Shown piece by piece: positions 47,395-60,831 of a stretch of 64,000 nt of DNA (within the stretch, counting starts at the first letter, position 1; the number at the start of each line of letters is the position of its first letter). Source of the DNA: Eledone cirrhosa. Taxonomy: Eukaryota. The notes below the pieces were generated by a model. The model did not search any database and was not told where the DNA came from. It saw only the letters and a program-made list of their open reading frames with translations. The stretch spans positions 49,600,001 through 49,664,000 of the forward strand of contig OZ024751.1 in the NCBI GenBank assembly GCA_964016885.1. The letters are read 5' to 3'. The position numbers and the translations under genes were made by a program.

Positions 47395-49890
47395 CTCCTT
47401 GAGGCTCAGTCACTGATGTTAGTTAACTGGAAAGTTTGTTGAGATGAATATCAAGCCACTACCTGCAGCCTCAGATATTCAGGACTTATCGGAGGGTTCT
47501 TGCTGTTCCCAGCAAGCATGCCTTTTGAAGCGTTCCAAAAAGCGTGAAGGGGCCAATTTTCTTTAACCATCCCTGGAAACTTTTTGAGATAGTCCCTAGT
47601 GCGCCTATGACAATCGGGATCACTTTGACTTCATGGTAGTTCCAAATCCTTTTTACCTCCCACTTTAAGTCCTGGTATCGGTTAACTTTCTCCCTCTCCT
47701 TCTCTTGCACTCTCGTGTCGAATGGGCAGGCCACATCCACAATCAGGCACGATCTTTTTTCTTTGTCCAAAACCACCAGGTCAGGTCTATTGTGTTCCAG
47801 TTTCTTGTCCGTCTGTATCCTAAAATCCCACAGCACCTTCACCTGATCGTTTTCTATCACCGCCTCTGGCTTATGCTCATACCACTTCTCAGAATATGGT
47901 AAAGTATTTACTTTGCATAGGTGCCAGTGGATCACCCTGCCCATCACATCATGTCTCCAGCCCTTATAGTGAGTCTGGGCTAGGTGTTTACACTCGGATA
48001 CAATGTGAGCCACAGTCTCCTCTCTCTCTCTCCACAGATCCTGCACAGTGTGCTAGCCTCCTCCTTGTAAATGTGGTGTTTCAATCACTTCGTTTTGAGG
48101 GCCTGCTCCTGCACAGCCATTAACATTCCTTCTGTAGCCTTTTTAAGGTCTCCTCTTTTCAACCAGTTCCATGTCTGTGGATCTCTAAATTCAGTTTTCT
48201 CAAAGAAGGTACTATGAAGGGATTTTTCCTGAAGGCTGCTCTTTCTCCTTGATGTTATTTCCTCCTTGGACATCCCCTGGCCTATTGTCCCCTCCTTCAG
48301 TACAGCTCTGAGCATTGGCTCCTTACTATCAGTCACGTATTTGTGTAGGTTGGTTTTTCTCCATCTGAACACAGTCCTCTATGCTGATAAGACCTCTTCC
48401 ACCCTCAGATCTCCTTAAGTAGAGTCTATCGACATCACTCCTCTTGTGGAAAATATTGTAGATAGTCAATAGCTTCCTAGTCTTCCTATCCATTTCTTTT
48501 TGTTCAGCAACATTCCATCTCAGAATTCCCGCACTGTACCTAATAATAGACACAGCTCGGGAATTTACTGCACTTATGGCATTCCTACTGTTCATATGTG
48601 ACTTTAATACGCTCCTTACTCTCCGAAGGTATTCAGTTCTTATCAATTCCTTCATTTTTTTGTTCTTGATGTCATCAGCCTCCAGAACGCCCAAATACTT
48701 GTATCTCTCTTCAGAGTCAATTTCTTTTATCATCTCACCTGTTGGTATCTGGATTCCGTTACTTCTGCTCAACTTACCCCTCCTCATCACAATGACACCA
48801 CACTTACTAATACCAAATTGCATACATATATCATTGCTGAAAATACGGACAGTGTCAACAAGCACATCCAACTCCTTCTCACTCTTCCCGAAGAGCTTAA
48901 GATCGTCCATGAAGAGGAGGTGATTGATGGTAAGCCCTCCCTTTCCCAACCTGTATCCTGCTCTCACTTTTCGCAGTACACTGGTCAGGGGCATCAGGGC
49001 AAGGACAAACAACAGAGGTGACAGACTATCTCCCTGGAAGATACCTCTCTTGATCTTCACGCTTCCCAAGGATTCTCCAGTTGATGTTAACTCTGTTTCC
49101 CAGGACTTCATACTTTTGCCCAACAACTGCCTGATGTTATCTGCCACCTTGAAGATCTGCAGGCTTTTGGTGATCCAAAAATGAGGCACCATGTCAAATG
49201 CCTTTTTGTAGTCTATCCATCCCATGGCAAGACCAGTGTGTCTCCTCTTGCAATTCCTCATTACCATCTTATCAATAAGTAACTGGTCCTTTGTACCACG
49301 TGACTTCTTTCGGCATCCTTTCTGTTCTTCCGCTAACAAGTTGTTTGTGTGGAGGTGATGGTAAATTTCCTCAGACATAATGCTTGTCAACAGTTTCCAC
49401 ATTACGGACAGACATGTGATAGGTCTATAGTTGGTAACATCATTACCCTTGATTCGGTCTTTCATTATCAGAACTGTGGTACCTTTTGTCAACCACTCTG
49501 GTACCTCACCTGACATCAAGCAGTCATTGAACATGGTTGTCAGTTTCGAGTGGAGGGATGTTATGTTTTTAATCCAATACCCCTGCACACCATCTGGGCC
49601 AGGTGATTTCAAGTTGGTTAGTTTTTTGGCCTGCCCCTTAAGAGTTTCAACTGTGATACTCAAATCAGTTTGTTGGCGTGCCTGTTCACTGATCTCCTTC
49701 TGTACTGTCTCAATCCACACTGCCTGGTCATTATGTTTAACATCCTGCTCCCATATTCCGCTCCAGAATGTTTTAGTTTGTTCCGCCTCAGGGATCAAGT
49801 CGTTGCCTCTTTCTTTCCCTTCAAGCTGTCCAAACAGCATCTTCTGGTTGTTGTCGAATATGCGGTTCTGGTCTTCTGGTTGTTGTCGAA

Positions 49891-49891
<1 letters not shown>
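47395..49891 (-). mobile_element. 5'-truncated R4/Dong-like non-LTR retrotransposon (RT + CCHC + RLE) in (TTA)n
   Basis: RT ORF with KSPGPDG, NYRPITCL, EQKGC, WIDYKKAFD, GIFQGDSLSP, HLLFMDD, YKYLG, GGRGL; then CxxC..ETVAHIVSEC, RHD and PD..D..EK motifs; ~90-bp 3'UTR; TTA tracts on both sides. Confidence 0.93.
47486..49870 (-). pseudogene. RT / restriction-like endonuclease ORF broken by frameshifts
   Basis: ORFs 48329-49840, 48085-48372 and 47486-48046 are consecutive pieces of one protein in different frames. Confidence 0.92.
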
Positions 49892-49932
<41 letters not shown>

Positions 49933-49933
<1 letters not shown>

Positions 49934-50166
49934 TTCTCCCTCTCCTTTTCTTGCACTCTCGTATCAAATGGGCAGGCTACATCTACAATGAGGCAGTATC
50001 GGTAGAGGGTCGGATGCCATGCTTTGAAGCATAGAGTTACCTCCCTGTATGATCTGAGTTCAAATCCCGCCGAGGTTAACTTTGCCTTTCATCCTTCCGG
50101 GGTCGATAGAATAAAGTACCAGTAATGCACTGGGTAATTGCTGGCCTTGTGCCAAAAGTAGAAACA

Positions 50167-50169
<3 letters not shown>
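49933..50169. mobile_element. RLE fragment (49933-49995, minus) fused to SINE S1 (49992-50169, plus)
   Basis: First part matches 47687-47749; the junction shares GGCA. Confidence 0.82.
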
Positions 50170-50202
<33 letters not shown>

Positions 50203-50475
50203 TTGCCATTTCGAACTCAGCATAATAATGTCTTTATAAACCCAAGACTCCCCACCCCCCGCCGCCACATCCACCCATGTTTATGTAAAACCACAATTAT
50301 ATCTTTACAAATATCCCTGTTTATGTTATGTAGCTTGAAATACATAAACACGCGCACGCGCGCAAAATAAATAAATTAATTAATATATAAATATATAAAT
50401 AAAATAATGAGCATTCATTTTATTTCCCTGAAGTTATTTACGAAGCTATAACCGAAATATACACAAAACGTTAAC

Positions 50476-51051
50476 GGTGGTGGTGGTGGTGGCGGTGGTG
50501 GTGGTGGTGGTGGTGGTGGTCATGATGGTGATGGTGATGATGATGATGATGGTGGCGGTGGTGCTAGTGGTGGTGGCAGCGGTGGTGGTGGTGGTGGTGG
50601 TGGTGGTGGTGGTGGCGGTGGTCATGATTGTGATGATGATGATGGTGGTAGTGGTGGTGCTAGTGGTGGCGGTGGTCATGATGGTGATGGTGATGATGAT
50701 GATGATGATGATGGTAACGATGATGATGATGGTGGTGGTGGTGATGATGATGATGATGATGGCGGTGGTGGTTGCGATGATGACGACGATGATGATGATG
50801 ATAATGACGACGATGATGACGATGACGATGATGATGATGATGATGATGAGCAGGAGGAGGAGGAGGAGGAGGAGGAGAAGGAGGAGGAGGAGGATGGTGA
50901 TGGCGGTGATAATGACATTTATAATAATGTTGATGGCGGCGGATGTGATGATGAGGATGTATAACGATTATAGTTTTCCTGATTTAGGTGGCGCTTGTAA
51001 CGACGACGGTGATGATGATGATGTTGTTGATGATGATGATGATAATGTTGT

Positions 51052-51084
<33 letters not shown>

Positions 51085-51180
51085 CGACGATGATGATGGT
51101 GATGATGATGATGATAATGATGATGATGATGGTGGCGGTGGTGGTGATGGTGATGATGATGATGATGATGTTGTTGTTGT

Positions 51181-51221
<41 letters not shown>

Positions 51222-51320
51222 TTGTTGTTGTTGTTGATGATGATGATGATGATAGTGATGATGATGTTGTTAATGATGATGATGATGATGATCATCATCA
51301 TCATCATTAACATCATCACC
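50476..51320. repeat. Compound (GGT)n/(GAT)n/(GAG)n arrays
   Basis: Directly visible; similar arrays at 56005-56455 and 60880-61580. Confidence 0.95.
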
Positions 51321-51397
51321 ATGAAAATAATAATGCCGTTTATTATAATAGTAATGAGTTATATTATGTCACTGCCACTACAGAGGAGAGGAAGACT

Positions 51398-52905
51398 GTG
51401 GTGGTAGTGGTGGTAGTGGTGAAGTGGTGGTAGTGGTGATGTAGTGGTTGTGGTGGTAGTGGTGGTGTAGTGGTTGTGGTGGTAGTGGTGATGTAGTGGT
51501 TGTGGTGGTAGTGGAGATGTAGTGGTTGTGGTGGTGGAGATGTAGTGGTTGTGGTGGTAGTGGAGATGTAGTGGTTGTGGTGGAGGAGATGTAGTGGTTG
51601 TGGTGGTAGTGGAGATGTAGTGGTTGTGGGGGTAGTGGTGATGTAGTGGTTGTGGTGGTAGTGGAGATGTAGTGGTTGTGGTGGAGGAGATGTAGTGGTT
51701 GTGGTGGTAGTGGAGATGTAGTGGTTGTGGGGGTAGTGGAGATGTAGTGGTTGTGGTGGTACTGGAGATGTAGTGGTTGTGGTGGTAGTGGTGATGTAGA
51801 GGTTGTGGTGGTAGTGGAGATGTAGTGGTTGTGGTGGTACTGGAGATGTAGTGGTTGTGGTGGAGGAGATGTAGTGGTTGTGGTGGTGGAGATGTAGTGG
51901 TTGTGGTGGTAGTGGAGATGTAGTGGTGATGTAGTGGTGGTGGTGGTAGTGGTGATGTAGTGGTTGTGGTGGTAGTGTTGATGTTGTGGTGATGTAGTGG
52001 TTGTGGTGGTAGTGGTTGTGTTGGTAGTGGTGATGTAGTGCTGAGGTAGTGGTTGTGACGGTAGTGGTGATGTAGTTGTTGTGGTGGTAGTATTGATGTA
52101 GTGGTTGTGGTGGTAGTGGTGATGTAGTGGTGATGTAGTGGTTGTGGTGGTAGTGGTGATGTAGTGGTTGTGGTGGTAGTGGTGATGTAGTGGTGATGTA
52201 GTGGTTGTGGTGGTAGTGGTTGTGGTGGTAGTGGTGATGTAGTGGTGATGTAGTGGTTGTGGTGGTAGTGGTGATGTATTGGTTGTGGTGGTAGTGGAGA
52301 TGTAGTGGTTGTGCTGGTAGTGGTGATGTAGTGGTTGTGGTGGTAGTGGAGATGTAATGGTTGTGGTGGTAGTGGAGATGTATTGGTTGTGGTGGTAGTG
52401 GTGATGTAGTGGTTGTGGTGGTAGTGGTGATGTAGTGGTTGTGGTGGTAGTGGTGATGTAGTGGTTGTGGTGGTAGTGGCGATGTAGTGGTTGTGGTGGT
52501 AGTGGTGATGTAGTCGTTGTGGTGGTAGTGGTGATGTAGTGGTTGTGGTGGTAGTGGAGACGTAGTGGTTGAGGTGGAGGAGATGTAGTGGTTGTGGTGG
52601 TAGTGGAGACGTAGTGGTTGAGGTGGAGGAGATGTAGTGGTTGTGGTGGTAGTGGTGATGTAGTGGTTGTGGTGGTAGTGGAGATGTAGTGGTTGTGGTG
52701 GTAGTGGTGATGTAGTGGTTGTGGTGGTAGTGGTGATGTAGAGGTTGTGGTGGTAGTGGAGATGTAGTGGTTGTGGTGGTGGAGATGTAGTGGTTTTGGT
52801 GGTAGTGGTGATGTAGTGGTTGTGGTGGTAGTGATGATGTAGTGGTGATGTAATGGTTGTGGTGGTAGTGGTGATGTAGTGGTTGTGGTGGTAGTGGAGA
52901 TGTAG
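51398..52905. repeat. ~27-bp minisatellite GATGTAGTGGTTGTGGTGGTAGTGG(T/A), ~1.5 kb
   Basis: Unit GATGTAGTGGTTGTGG recurs throughout with length variants. Confidence 0.95.
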
Positions 52906-53154
52906 AATGTAGAATGATTTATGATGTGGTCTTTGCTTTTGGAAATCATATTTATACCTCAGACATTTGCGATGAATTCTACGTTGAACTATATTTCTTC
53001 TATGGCCCAGTCTATCTGAGCTTCTTATGCTGTTTCTGGCCGTCTCGTATTCCTTTAGACACAGTGGTACATAAGCGTTTTATGTTTTTGCTATTTGCTG
53101 CCTGCTCCACAAGCATGCCGGCTTGTTGTGTTTTAAGAATGATGTTTTACGAAT

Positions 53155-53992
53155 AATTGTTTCTACTTTTGGCACAAGGCCAACAAATTATACAGTACAT
53201 TACTGGTACTTTATTTTATCGACCTCATAAGGATGAAAGGCAAAGTTAACCTCGGTGGGATTTGAACTCAGATCGTTAAGGGACGTAAGTATGCTGGAAA
53301 GCATGGCATCCGACCCTCTACCGATACTGCCAAGCCAATACTGCCTGATGTTTTACGAATAATGTGGGGTAATTTCTTTTTCCGACATGTTATTATTTAC
53401 AAAAGGGATGAGCCTAGTTAGAATGTCATCAATGATTGTCCAGTTAACGAATGATGGGAAAGGTAAGGTGAAGAGATCTCTACGATTCCGGTCGGTTTAG
53501 TTAGAATGCAAGATTAAATTTCGAATATTTTACAAATAGGTGAACAAGAAACTAACTTACAGAGCAGAAACAAGGGTGGCGATCAGTCCAGAAATAAATA
53601 GTCACAACGATAACAAAAACAACAATAATAACCATTGTTTCTACTTTTGGCACAAGGCCAACAACTAAATCAGTACATTACTGGTACTTTATTTTATCGA
53701 CCCCCGTAAGGATGAAAGGCAAAGTTGACCTCGGCGGGATTTGAACCCAGAACGTAAAGGGGCGGAACTCTATGCTGCAAAACATTGCGTCCGACAATAA
53801 TAGTGATTTCTAGTATAGGCACAAAGCCAGTAATTTGGGGGGAGCAGAAAGTCGATTAAATCGACCCCAATACGTTACTGGTGCTTTATTTTATCGACCC
53901 CGTAAGGATGAAAGGCAAAGTTAAGCTCGACGGGATTTGAACTCAGACTGTAAAGGGGGACAACTTTGTGCTGCAAAGCATGGCGTCCGACA
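53155..53992 (-). mobile_element. Three SINE S1 copies (53155-53336, 53634-53796, 53803-53992 long subtype)
   Basis: Reverse complements of S1; the third has the extra GGGGTCGATTTAATCGACT..CCCCCC segment. Confidence 0.9.
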
Positions 53993-54072
53993 ATAATAAT
54001 GGTAATCAATAATTACAAAAACAACTGTCACAATAATAATATTATCAATAACAATAACCATAAAAATATAAA

Positions 54073-54132
<60 letters not shown>

Positions 54133-54387
54133 CAGTAGCAGCAGCAGCAGCAGCAGCAGTACATTGTAATTTCGTCCAGGAAATGAATTTGAAAACATTC
54201 AATTACATGGTTTATGCCGATATAATAACCATTGCTACACCTTCCCAAAGCCCGTAACTTCACGCAGACACATACATAAGACCCAATCCTTCCGAAATCA
54301 TAGTATATCATTTAACGAAATATTTGCAACAACTAATGGAGAATAAGGTTTATATAATTCTATATGTATGTATATATATATATGCAT

Positions 54388-54541
54388 ATAACGAAGGAAA
54401 TGTGGTAAGGAACCAGGTGGACCATAACGCACCAAAGTACTCAATACTTAGGGTAGTAGAGTGGGTAATAGGAACAAGTAAGACTCCGACGGCTGAGCTC
54501 AAGCCGTTTCGACGGCTAATTCTGGTCTTACTTGTTCCTAT
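54388..54541 (-). mobile_element. Family C fold-back with partly deleted second arm
   Basis: Reverse complement of 4628-4762 up to GGCTAATTCT, then a jump to GGTCTTACTTGTTCCTA-(TA)n. Confidence 0.8.
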
Positions 54542-54588
54542 ATATGCATATATATATGTATGTGTGTGTGTGTGTGTGTGTATATATG

Positions 54589-54635
<47 letters not shown>

Positions 54636-54682
54636 GTATATGCATATATGTATATGTATATATATATATGTATATATATATA

Positions 54683-55105
54683 TATTAATAAGAGGAATTC
54701 CAACTTTGTCTGATTTACTCGTTTTATTTACAATCCTTTAAAATATATATAATGGTATTATAATGAAATAGTATGATAGAATATTAAATGCTAAGTGTTA
54801 ATTGAACAAGTACTTTCATGCTTTCGCAATCTTCAGGTTCATGATATGTGGTGACAATCGAGTTTGCAATTTTCAACAGTTGAAAATTGCAAACTCGACT
54901 GTCACCACATATCATGAACCTGAAGATTGCGAAAGCATGAAAGTACTTGTTCAATTAACACTTAGAATTTAATATTCTATCATACTATTTCATTATAATA
55001 ACCTTATATATATTTTAAAGGATTGTAAATAAAACGAGTAAATCAGACAAAGTTGGAATTCCTCTTATTAATATAATCTTCTATACACAATCATACACAC
55101 CCGTG
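54683..55105 (+). mobile_element. Fold-back insertion (family H), ~195-bp near-perfect arms
   Basis: Apex CAAC-A-GTTG at 54878; arms 54683-54877 / 54879-55072; tail to 55105. Confidence 0.87.
54915..54953 (+). ncRNA. Minimal type I hammerhead ribozyme (39 nt)
   Basis: TGAAC-CTGAAGA-TTGC-GAAA-GCAT-GAAA-GTAC-TT-GTTCA with palindromic stem III loop; mirror copy on minus at ~54803-54841. Confidence 0.85.
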
Positions 55106-55117
55106 TATATTTACCTA

Positions 55118-55233
<116 letters not shown>

Positions 55234-55255
55234 CATATATATATATATGTATATG

Positions 55256-55305
<50 letters not shown>

Positions 55306-55444
55306 CTCTTTTACCTGTTTCAGCCATCCGGCTGAGGCCATGCTGGGGCACCGCCCTTGTATATATATATATATATATATAAATATATATATATATGTAT
55401 ATATATATACATATTTGCTTGTATATATATATATATGCATATAT

Positions 55445-55665
55445 ATATTTATTAAAATAATAGATTAAAGTTTAAGCAAAGAATCGCTGCTTTCACCCTT
55501 AACGGGAGTTTCAGAAGATCCCGTTAAGGGTGAAATCAGCGATTCTTTGCTTAAACTTTAATCTGTTATTTTAATAAATATTTGCTATACGGTTCTTATA
55601 TATTTTATATATATTTATCCTTTTCGAGCCCTCTTTGGATTTTAGTCTTCAAATTTATTATTATT
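55445..55665 (+). mobile_element. Fold-back insertion (family I)
   Basis: Arms 55445-55507 / 55518-55581 folding at CAGAAGA-TCCCGTTAAGGGT-GAAA (degenerate hammerhead core); tail to 55665. Confidence 0.78.
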
Positions 55666-57139
55666 ATTATATATATATATATAATATTGCTATATGGCCG
55701 TTTGTTTGGAAATTTAATGATGAAATAAAATATACAATATCATTTCGGATAATTTGCCCAACATGACATTCAATAATTTAATTATCAAAGTAATATACTT
55801 TGTAATGCAGAGAAAGAGAGAAACACGGGGTGGTTAGAAGGGTTTACAACGTAGCGGACAATATGGTCGACGGAAAAATTGGCGGACAAAATTCAGCGCA
55901 GTATGCTATAGTCATCGATGGCGATCATTTACGCTGTAGCACAGATCTAGACACGTGTGCAATTAGCTATACAATGTGACAGTTTATGTGTTTGTTGGTT
56001 TAGTAGCGGTGGTGGTGATGTTGGTGTTGGTGTTGATGGTGGAGGTGATGTTGGTGTTGGTTGTGTTGGTGGTCACGGCGGTGGAGGTGGTGATGGTGTT
56101 GGTGGCGATGTTGTTGGTCGTGGTGGTGGTGATGGAGGTGGAGGTGATGATAGTTGTAGTGGTGGTGGTGGTGGTGGTGGTGGTGGTGGTGACAGTGATG
56201 GTGGCGGTGGGGGTGGTGATGGAGGTGGAGGTGATGTTGGTTGTAGTGGTGGTGGTGGTGGTGGTGGTGGTGGTGGCGGTGGTGTGGTGGTGGTGGTGGT
56301 GGCAGTGATGTTGTTGGTGGTGGTGATGGTTGTAGTGGTGGTGGTGGTGGTGGTGGTGGTGGTTGTGGTGGTGGTGGTAGTGGTGGTGGTGATGGTTGTA
56401 GTGGTGGTGGAGGTGGTGGTTGTGGTTGTTACTGGTGATAGTAGTAGTGGTGGTAAAGGATGTTCTAATGTTGCTGATGAGCCACTGAGGTCTATTTTGC
56501 CAGTCTCTGTTAATGTGCAATGTTCCCACGTGTGCATTTCTCCATAAGTTCATATACACTTTTAATTATACACTAAATAATTGCTAGCTGCAGGCACACA
56601 GGCTTACACATGCAAACACACACATATATATATATATATCCCCAAGCAGATGAATTAACAATTTACACAAAGATTAACAAATATACAGTGTATCAGTTAT
56701 TGGTCTGCGTGTGTATGTGTGTGTGTGTTGTCCAATTTTATATCCAGATCGAGATAACTATGCTGTCGTAGTTTACAGTCCATTAACAATACTGTTCTTT
56801 ATATCATATGATCGAATTGCTCACTGTTCCATTTTCTGTCCTTCAAAAGTCTAAGAAAGATAGATTTCTATGTTGCAATCTACACCTTCTTTCACACTCT
56901 GGCTATGGCTGCTTCAACTCAGTTGACCACGCTTAATTTGTCGTTAAAGGCGTAGAAGTCCTAGTTAAACACTTATGTTAGAGCTATGGTGAATATGTTA
57001 TAATAGGTCAATAAAGATTGAGTAAGTTGACGAAGGATTTCCGTCCTTCTCATCTGTCACGCATACATGAAGATTGATTTCTTTTTTATATATATTTTGG
57101 TCTTTTCTTTTCGTATTATGCCAGTTGAATATTATTATC

Positions 57140-57338
57140 TAGATTGTCAGTATCGGCAAAGGGTCATACGACATGCTTTCCTGGATAGAGTTACGTCTCT
57201 TTAAAGCCTGAGTTCAAATCTCGCCGAGGTTAACTTCGCCTTTCGAAGTTAACCTCGAAATTAACGGCAGTCGATACAATACAGTACCAGTAATGCACTG
57301 GTATAATTACTGGCCTTGTGCCAAACGTAGAAACAATT
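57140..57338 (+). mobile_element. SINE S1, internally rearranged
   Basis: S1 consensus with a short inverted duplication GAGGTTAACTTCG..CGAAGTTAACCTC at 57226-57256. Confidence 0.82.
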
Positions 57339-58169
57339 ATTATTAAATTGGTTTTCTTATTGTGTATTTTCACTCAATTGTAATGTAAACCGCCACTGTC
57401 CATGTCTTTTTATTGTCCCCAGTATGTTGGCCGTTGTGGCTAATAAATGAAATGATATTAGTATTATTAAATTAGACACCATTATTATTATTATTATCTT
57501 CCTTGGTATTTAGAAAGAAAGTATTAAGAAAATAAACAAACATGGCGGTCATTCATTGTTCTTTCCTTTGCTGATAATAGTTGCATGTCTCAACCCATGG
57601 CAAAAGCGTCATCGAATTGTGACAAGAAGGGGACCGTTTTAAACTCAGAATCCACAGAAATGTATATGGTACCACAAGATATCTTCTTCAATGTTTTAGC
57701 AATGTTTTAACTTCGTCACCACCGAAAAAATGAATGAGGAAACTGATACCCGTGTAATTTGAAATCAGAAAATATAGGATTAAAACAATTAACAGAAAGC
57801 ATTTTTTGTTTCCAATGACTTACGTTAAAAGATATTGCCAATTCGCTGAAATCTTTTATTAATAAATTCGAATTAAATAATTTAGAAGATAAATGTCAGA
57901 ACAAACGAAACAGGTAACGATGCCTATTAAAAAATCAAGTGACATTCATTTGTATAGATATTTTTTTTTAAATTCCAGATGAAATAAAACGAAAAGATGT
58001 GGAAAAATAAAAGACGAGAAAAAAAATCAGAGTTACTGATTTAGAAAATGGTAGTGAGGTTAATGATGATGATGGTGGTGAAGTTTGAGCAAGGTGAAGA
58101 CAGGAAGTTAATGAGGGTGATGTTGTTTAATGTAGATGATGGTGATGAATATGACGTCAGAAATAAATA

Positions 58170-58264
<95 letters not shown>

Positions 58265-58353
58265 CTTGTGGTAGTAGTAGTAGTAGTAGGAGGAGGAGGA
58301 GGAGGAGGAGGAGGAGGGGGAGGGGGGGGGGGGGAGTGGTGGTGGAGGTGGTT

Positions 58354-58389
<36 letters not shown>

Positions 58390-58743
58390 ATGGAGGTGTG
58401 GTGGAGGTGGTGTTTGCAGTAGTAGAACAGCGAAGACGCAAGACAGAATTTTACTTCAAAAGATTTCGTTTTAGATTCATTAGAAACTTGGTTAACTATT
58501 AAATTATTACTCAACGTGATCAACATAAAAAGAGAGAACAGCAGAGGTATAACAACAACAACAACAACAACAGCGACAACAACAACAACAACAGCGACAA
58601 GAGCGAGCATGTCATTTATGACAGAGGCAACGAATGTAACTTCAGAAACGCCGTTAAAAGACTGCTAGAAATATTTCACAAATCACTATGGTGACGTTAG
58701 AGATTATGATGATGATAATGAACATGATATATGATGATGACCC

Positions 58744-58794
<51 letters not shown>

Positions 58795-58811
58795 ATATTA
58801 TTAATGGTAAA

Positions 58812-59170
58812 TATTACGGCCCTTTACATTCTGAGTTCAAATCCCGCCGAGGTTAACTTTGCCTTTCATTTTTTACGGAGTCGATAAAATAAAGTACCAG
58901 TAATGTACTGAGGTAATTGGCTGGCCTTTTGCCAAAAGTAGAAACAGTTATTATTGGGGAATTGCTAGTTACGGTAGAACATCAGACACAATGCTTTGCA
59001 GCATAAAGTCATGGCCCTTTACGTTCGGAGTTCAAATTTCACCGTGATTAGCTTTGCCTTTCATCCTTACGATGTCGATAAAATAAAGTACCAGTCACGC
59101 ACTGGGGTCAATTTAATCGGATTTCCCCCTCCCCCAAAATTGCTGGCCTTGTGCCTGTACTAGAAATCAT
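58812..59170 (+). mobile_element. Two tandem SINE S1 copies (short 58812-58948, long 58958-59170)
   Basis: Match the S1 consensus. Confidence 0.88.
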
Positions 59171-60064
59171 TATTTCTCCGTCTCTCTCTCTCTCAATCTA
59201 TCTATCTATCTATCTATCTCAGTAAACATTTTACACGTTTTTATTGTATGTAAACTTCCCCCTTTGTATTTGTCCCCTTCTTTTGTGCCCCTGTGGCTAA
59301 TAAAGAAATATATCTATCTCAGTAACACACACACATTCTCTCACGCGCACACAAAACAACACACACACACTCTCTCTCTTACACACATTCAGACATTCAC
59401 ACACTCAGACGTTCTGACACTGTCCGAGATTATTAGAGCTAAGCTCATTCTATCGACTACGTACAATCTTCTCGGTATGTTGTTCCTTCCAACAACCTGG
59501 ATTGGTGGGTAACTTGGTGCCAATGATACCTGACAGCACATATGTGTTGATTGACTTATGTGTGTTTGTGTGACAGTGTGTGTGTGTGTGTGAGCGTGTA
59601 TTTTCTGAGACAGATGCAATTAAGATACGCTTTCTGCAATCCGATATACGTTAAGTAGAGAATAAAGGATTTGATAGGCTTTCCAAGTACATGTTACTTA
59701 TATTATGTCATTGTGACATGAAACCACGCCTTTCATACTGTATGTCAATCAGTACAAGTAGTCTACATGTTGTCTCGCATTAAACATGGCTGTTACTACA
59801 TGTACACCGGGATATAATGTATGGCTGCATGGTTTATATTAAGGACATATTAAAACTGCTCAAATATTTGATGCAGGTGACATGACCCGGAAGCATTTGT
59901 GAAGGTTTATTTTAAAAGCATTTATATGTGTTTTTAGTCATTTAACCATCATTTACCATGTGGTTACAAGTAGTGACACAAACTATAAGCTTACTCTTCA
60001 CGAAATTGATTTAGAATTCCACAAGGTGGGGTGAACTGCACGTTAAAATAATAATTGCATAACT

Positions 60065-60831
60065 GTTGCTACATGTCACCATTGATACCACATAACTAAT
60101 ACGAGGTATGATAATTAATGCCACATGTCACCATTAATACCACATGGGTGTTTCCACGTGTCACTGTTAATAGCACATGGGGGCTTCCACATGTCAGTAT
60201 TGCTACAACATACATGATACCGCCTATGGTAACTAATGCCATATGTCAGCATTGATACCACATACCATAACTAGTACCACATGTCACCATTAATATCACA
60301 TATATCTTTCCATGTGTAAGCATTGAAACCACATATAGTTACTACATGACAGCATCGCTACCACATAACTAATATCAGATAACTCTTGCTAATTGTCCAC
60401 ATGAGAGATTACCACATGTAGTCTCCAATAGATAGTACCAAATGTAACCTCCAATAGATATTACCACATAGATATGATATGTAACCTCCAATACATATTA
60501 TCACATAGATACTGCCACATAGATATTACCACATAGATATTACAACATGTAGCCTCCAATAGATATTACCACATAGCTATTACCACATGTTGCTTCCAAT
60601 AGATATTACCACAGAGATATTACCACATGTAGCCTCCAATATATATTACGATATAGATATTACCACATGTAGCATCCAATATATGTATGTTACCACCTAG
60701 ATATTGCCACATGTAGCCTCTAATAGATATTACCACCTAGATAGTACCACATGTAGCCTCCAATATATGTTACCACATGTAGCCTCCAATAGATATTACC
60801 ACATAGATATTACCACATGTAGGTTCCAATA
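60065..60831. repeat. Minisatellite built on TACCACAT(G/A): diverged ~19-mer part (60065-60400) and 14/26-bp alternating part (60405-60831)
   Basis: GATATTACCACATGTAGCCTCCAATA and GATATTACCACATA units recur. Confidence 0.9.

Noticed and set aside
51378-52949. 523-aa mucin/extensin-like ORF
   Set aside because: Produced by a C/A-rich minisatellite strand; no signal peptide or unique domain, and other frames are similarly repetitive.
54683-55072. Hairpins as sequencing or assembly fold-back artefacts
   Set aside because: Arms differ by substitutions and indels, carry one-sided tails, and fold at homologous positions in separate loci; read-level confirmation is still advisable.
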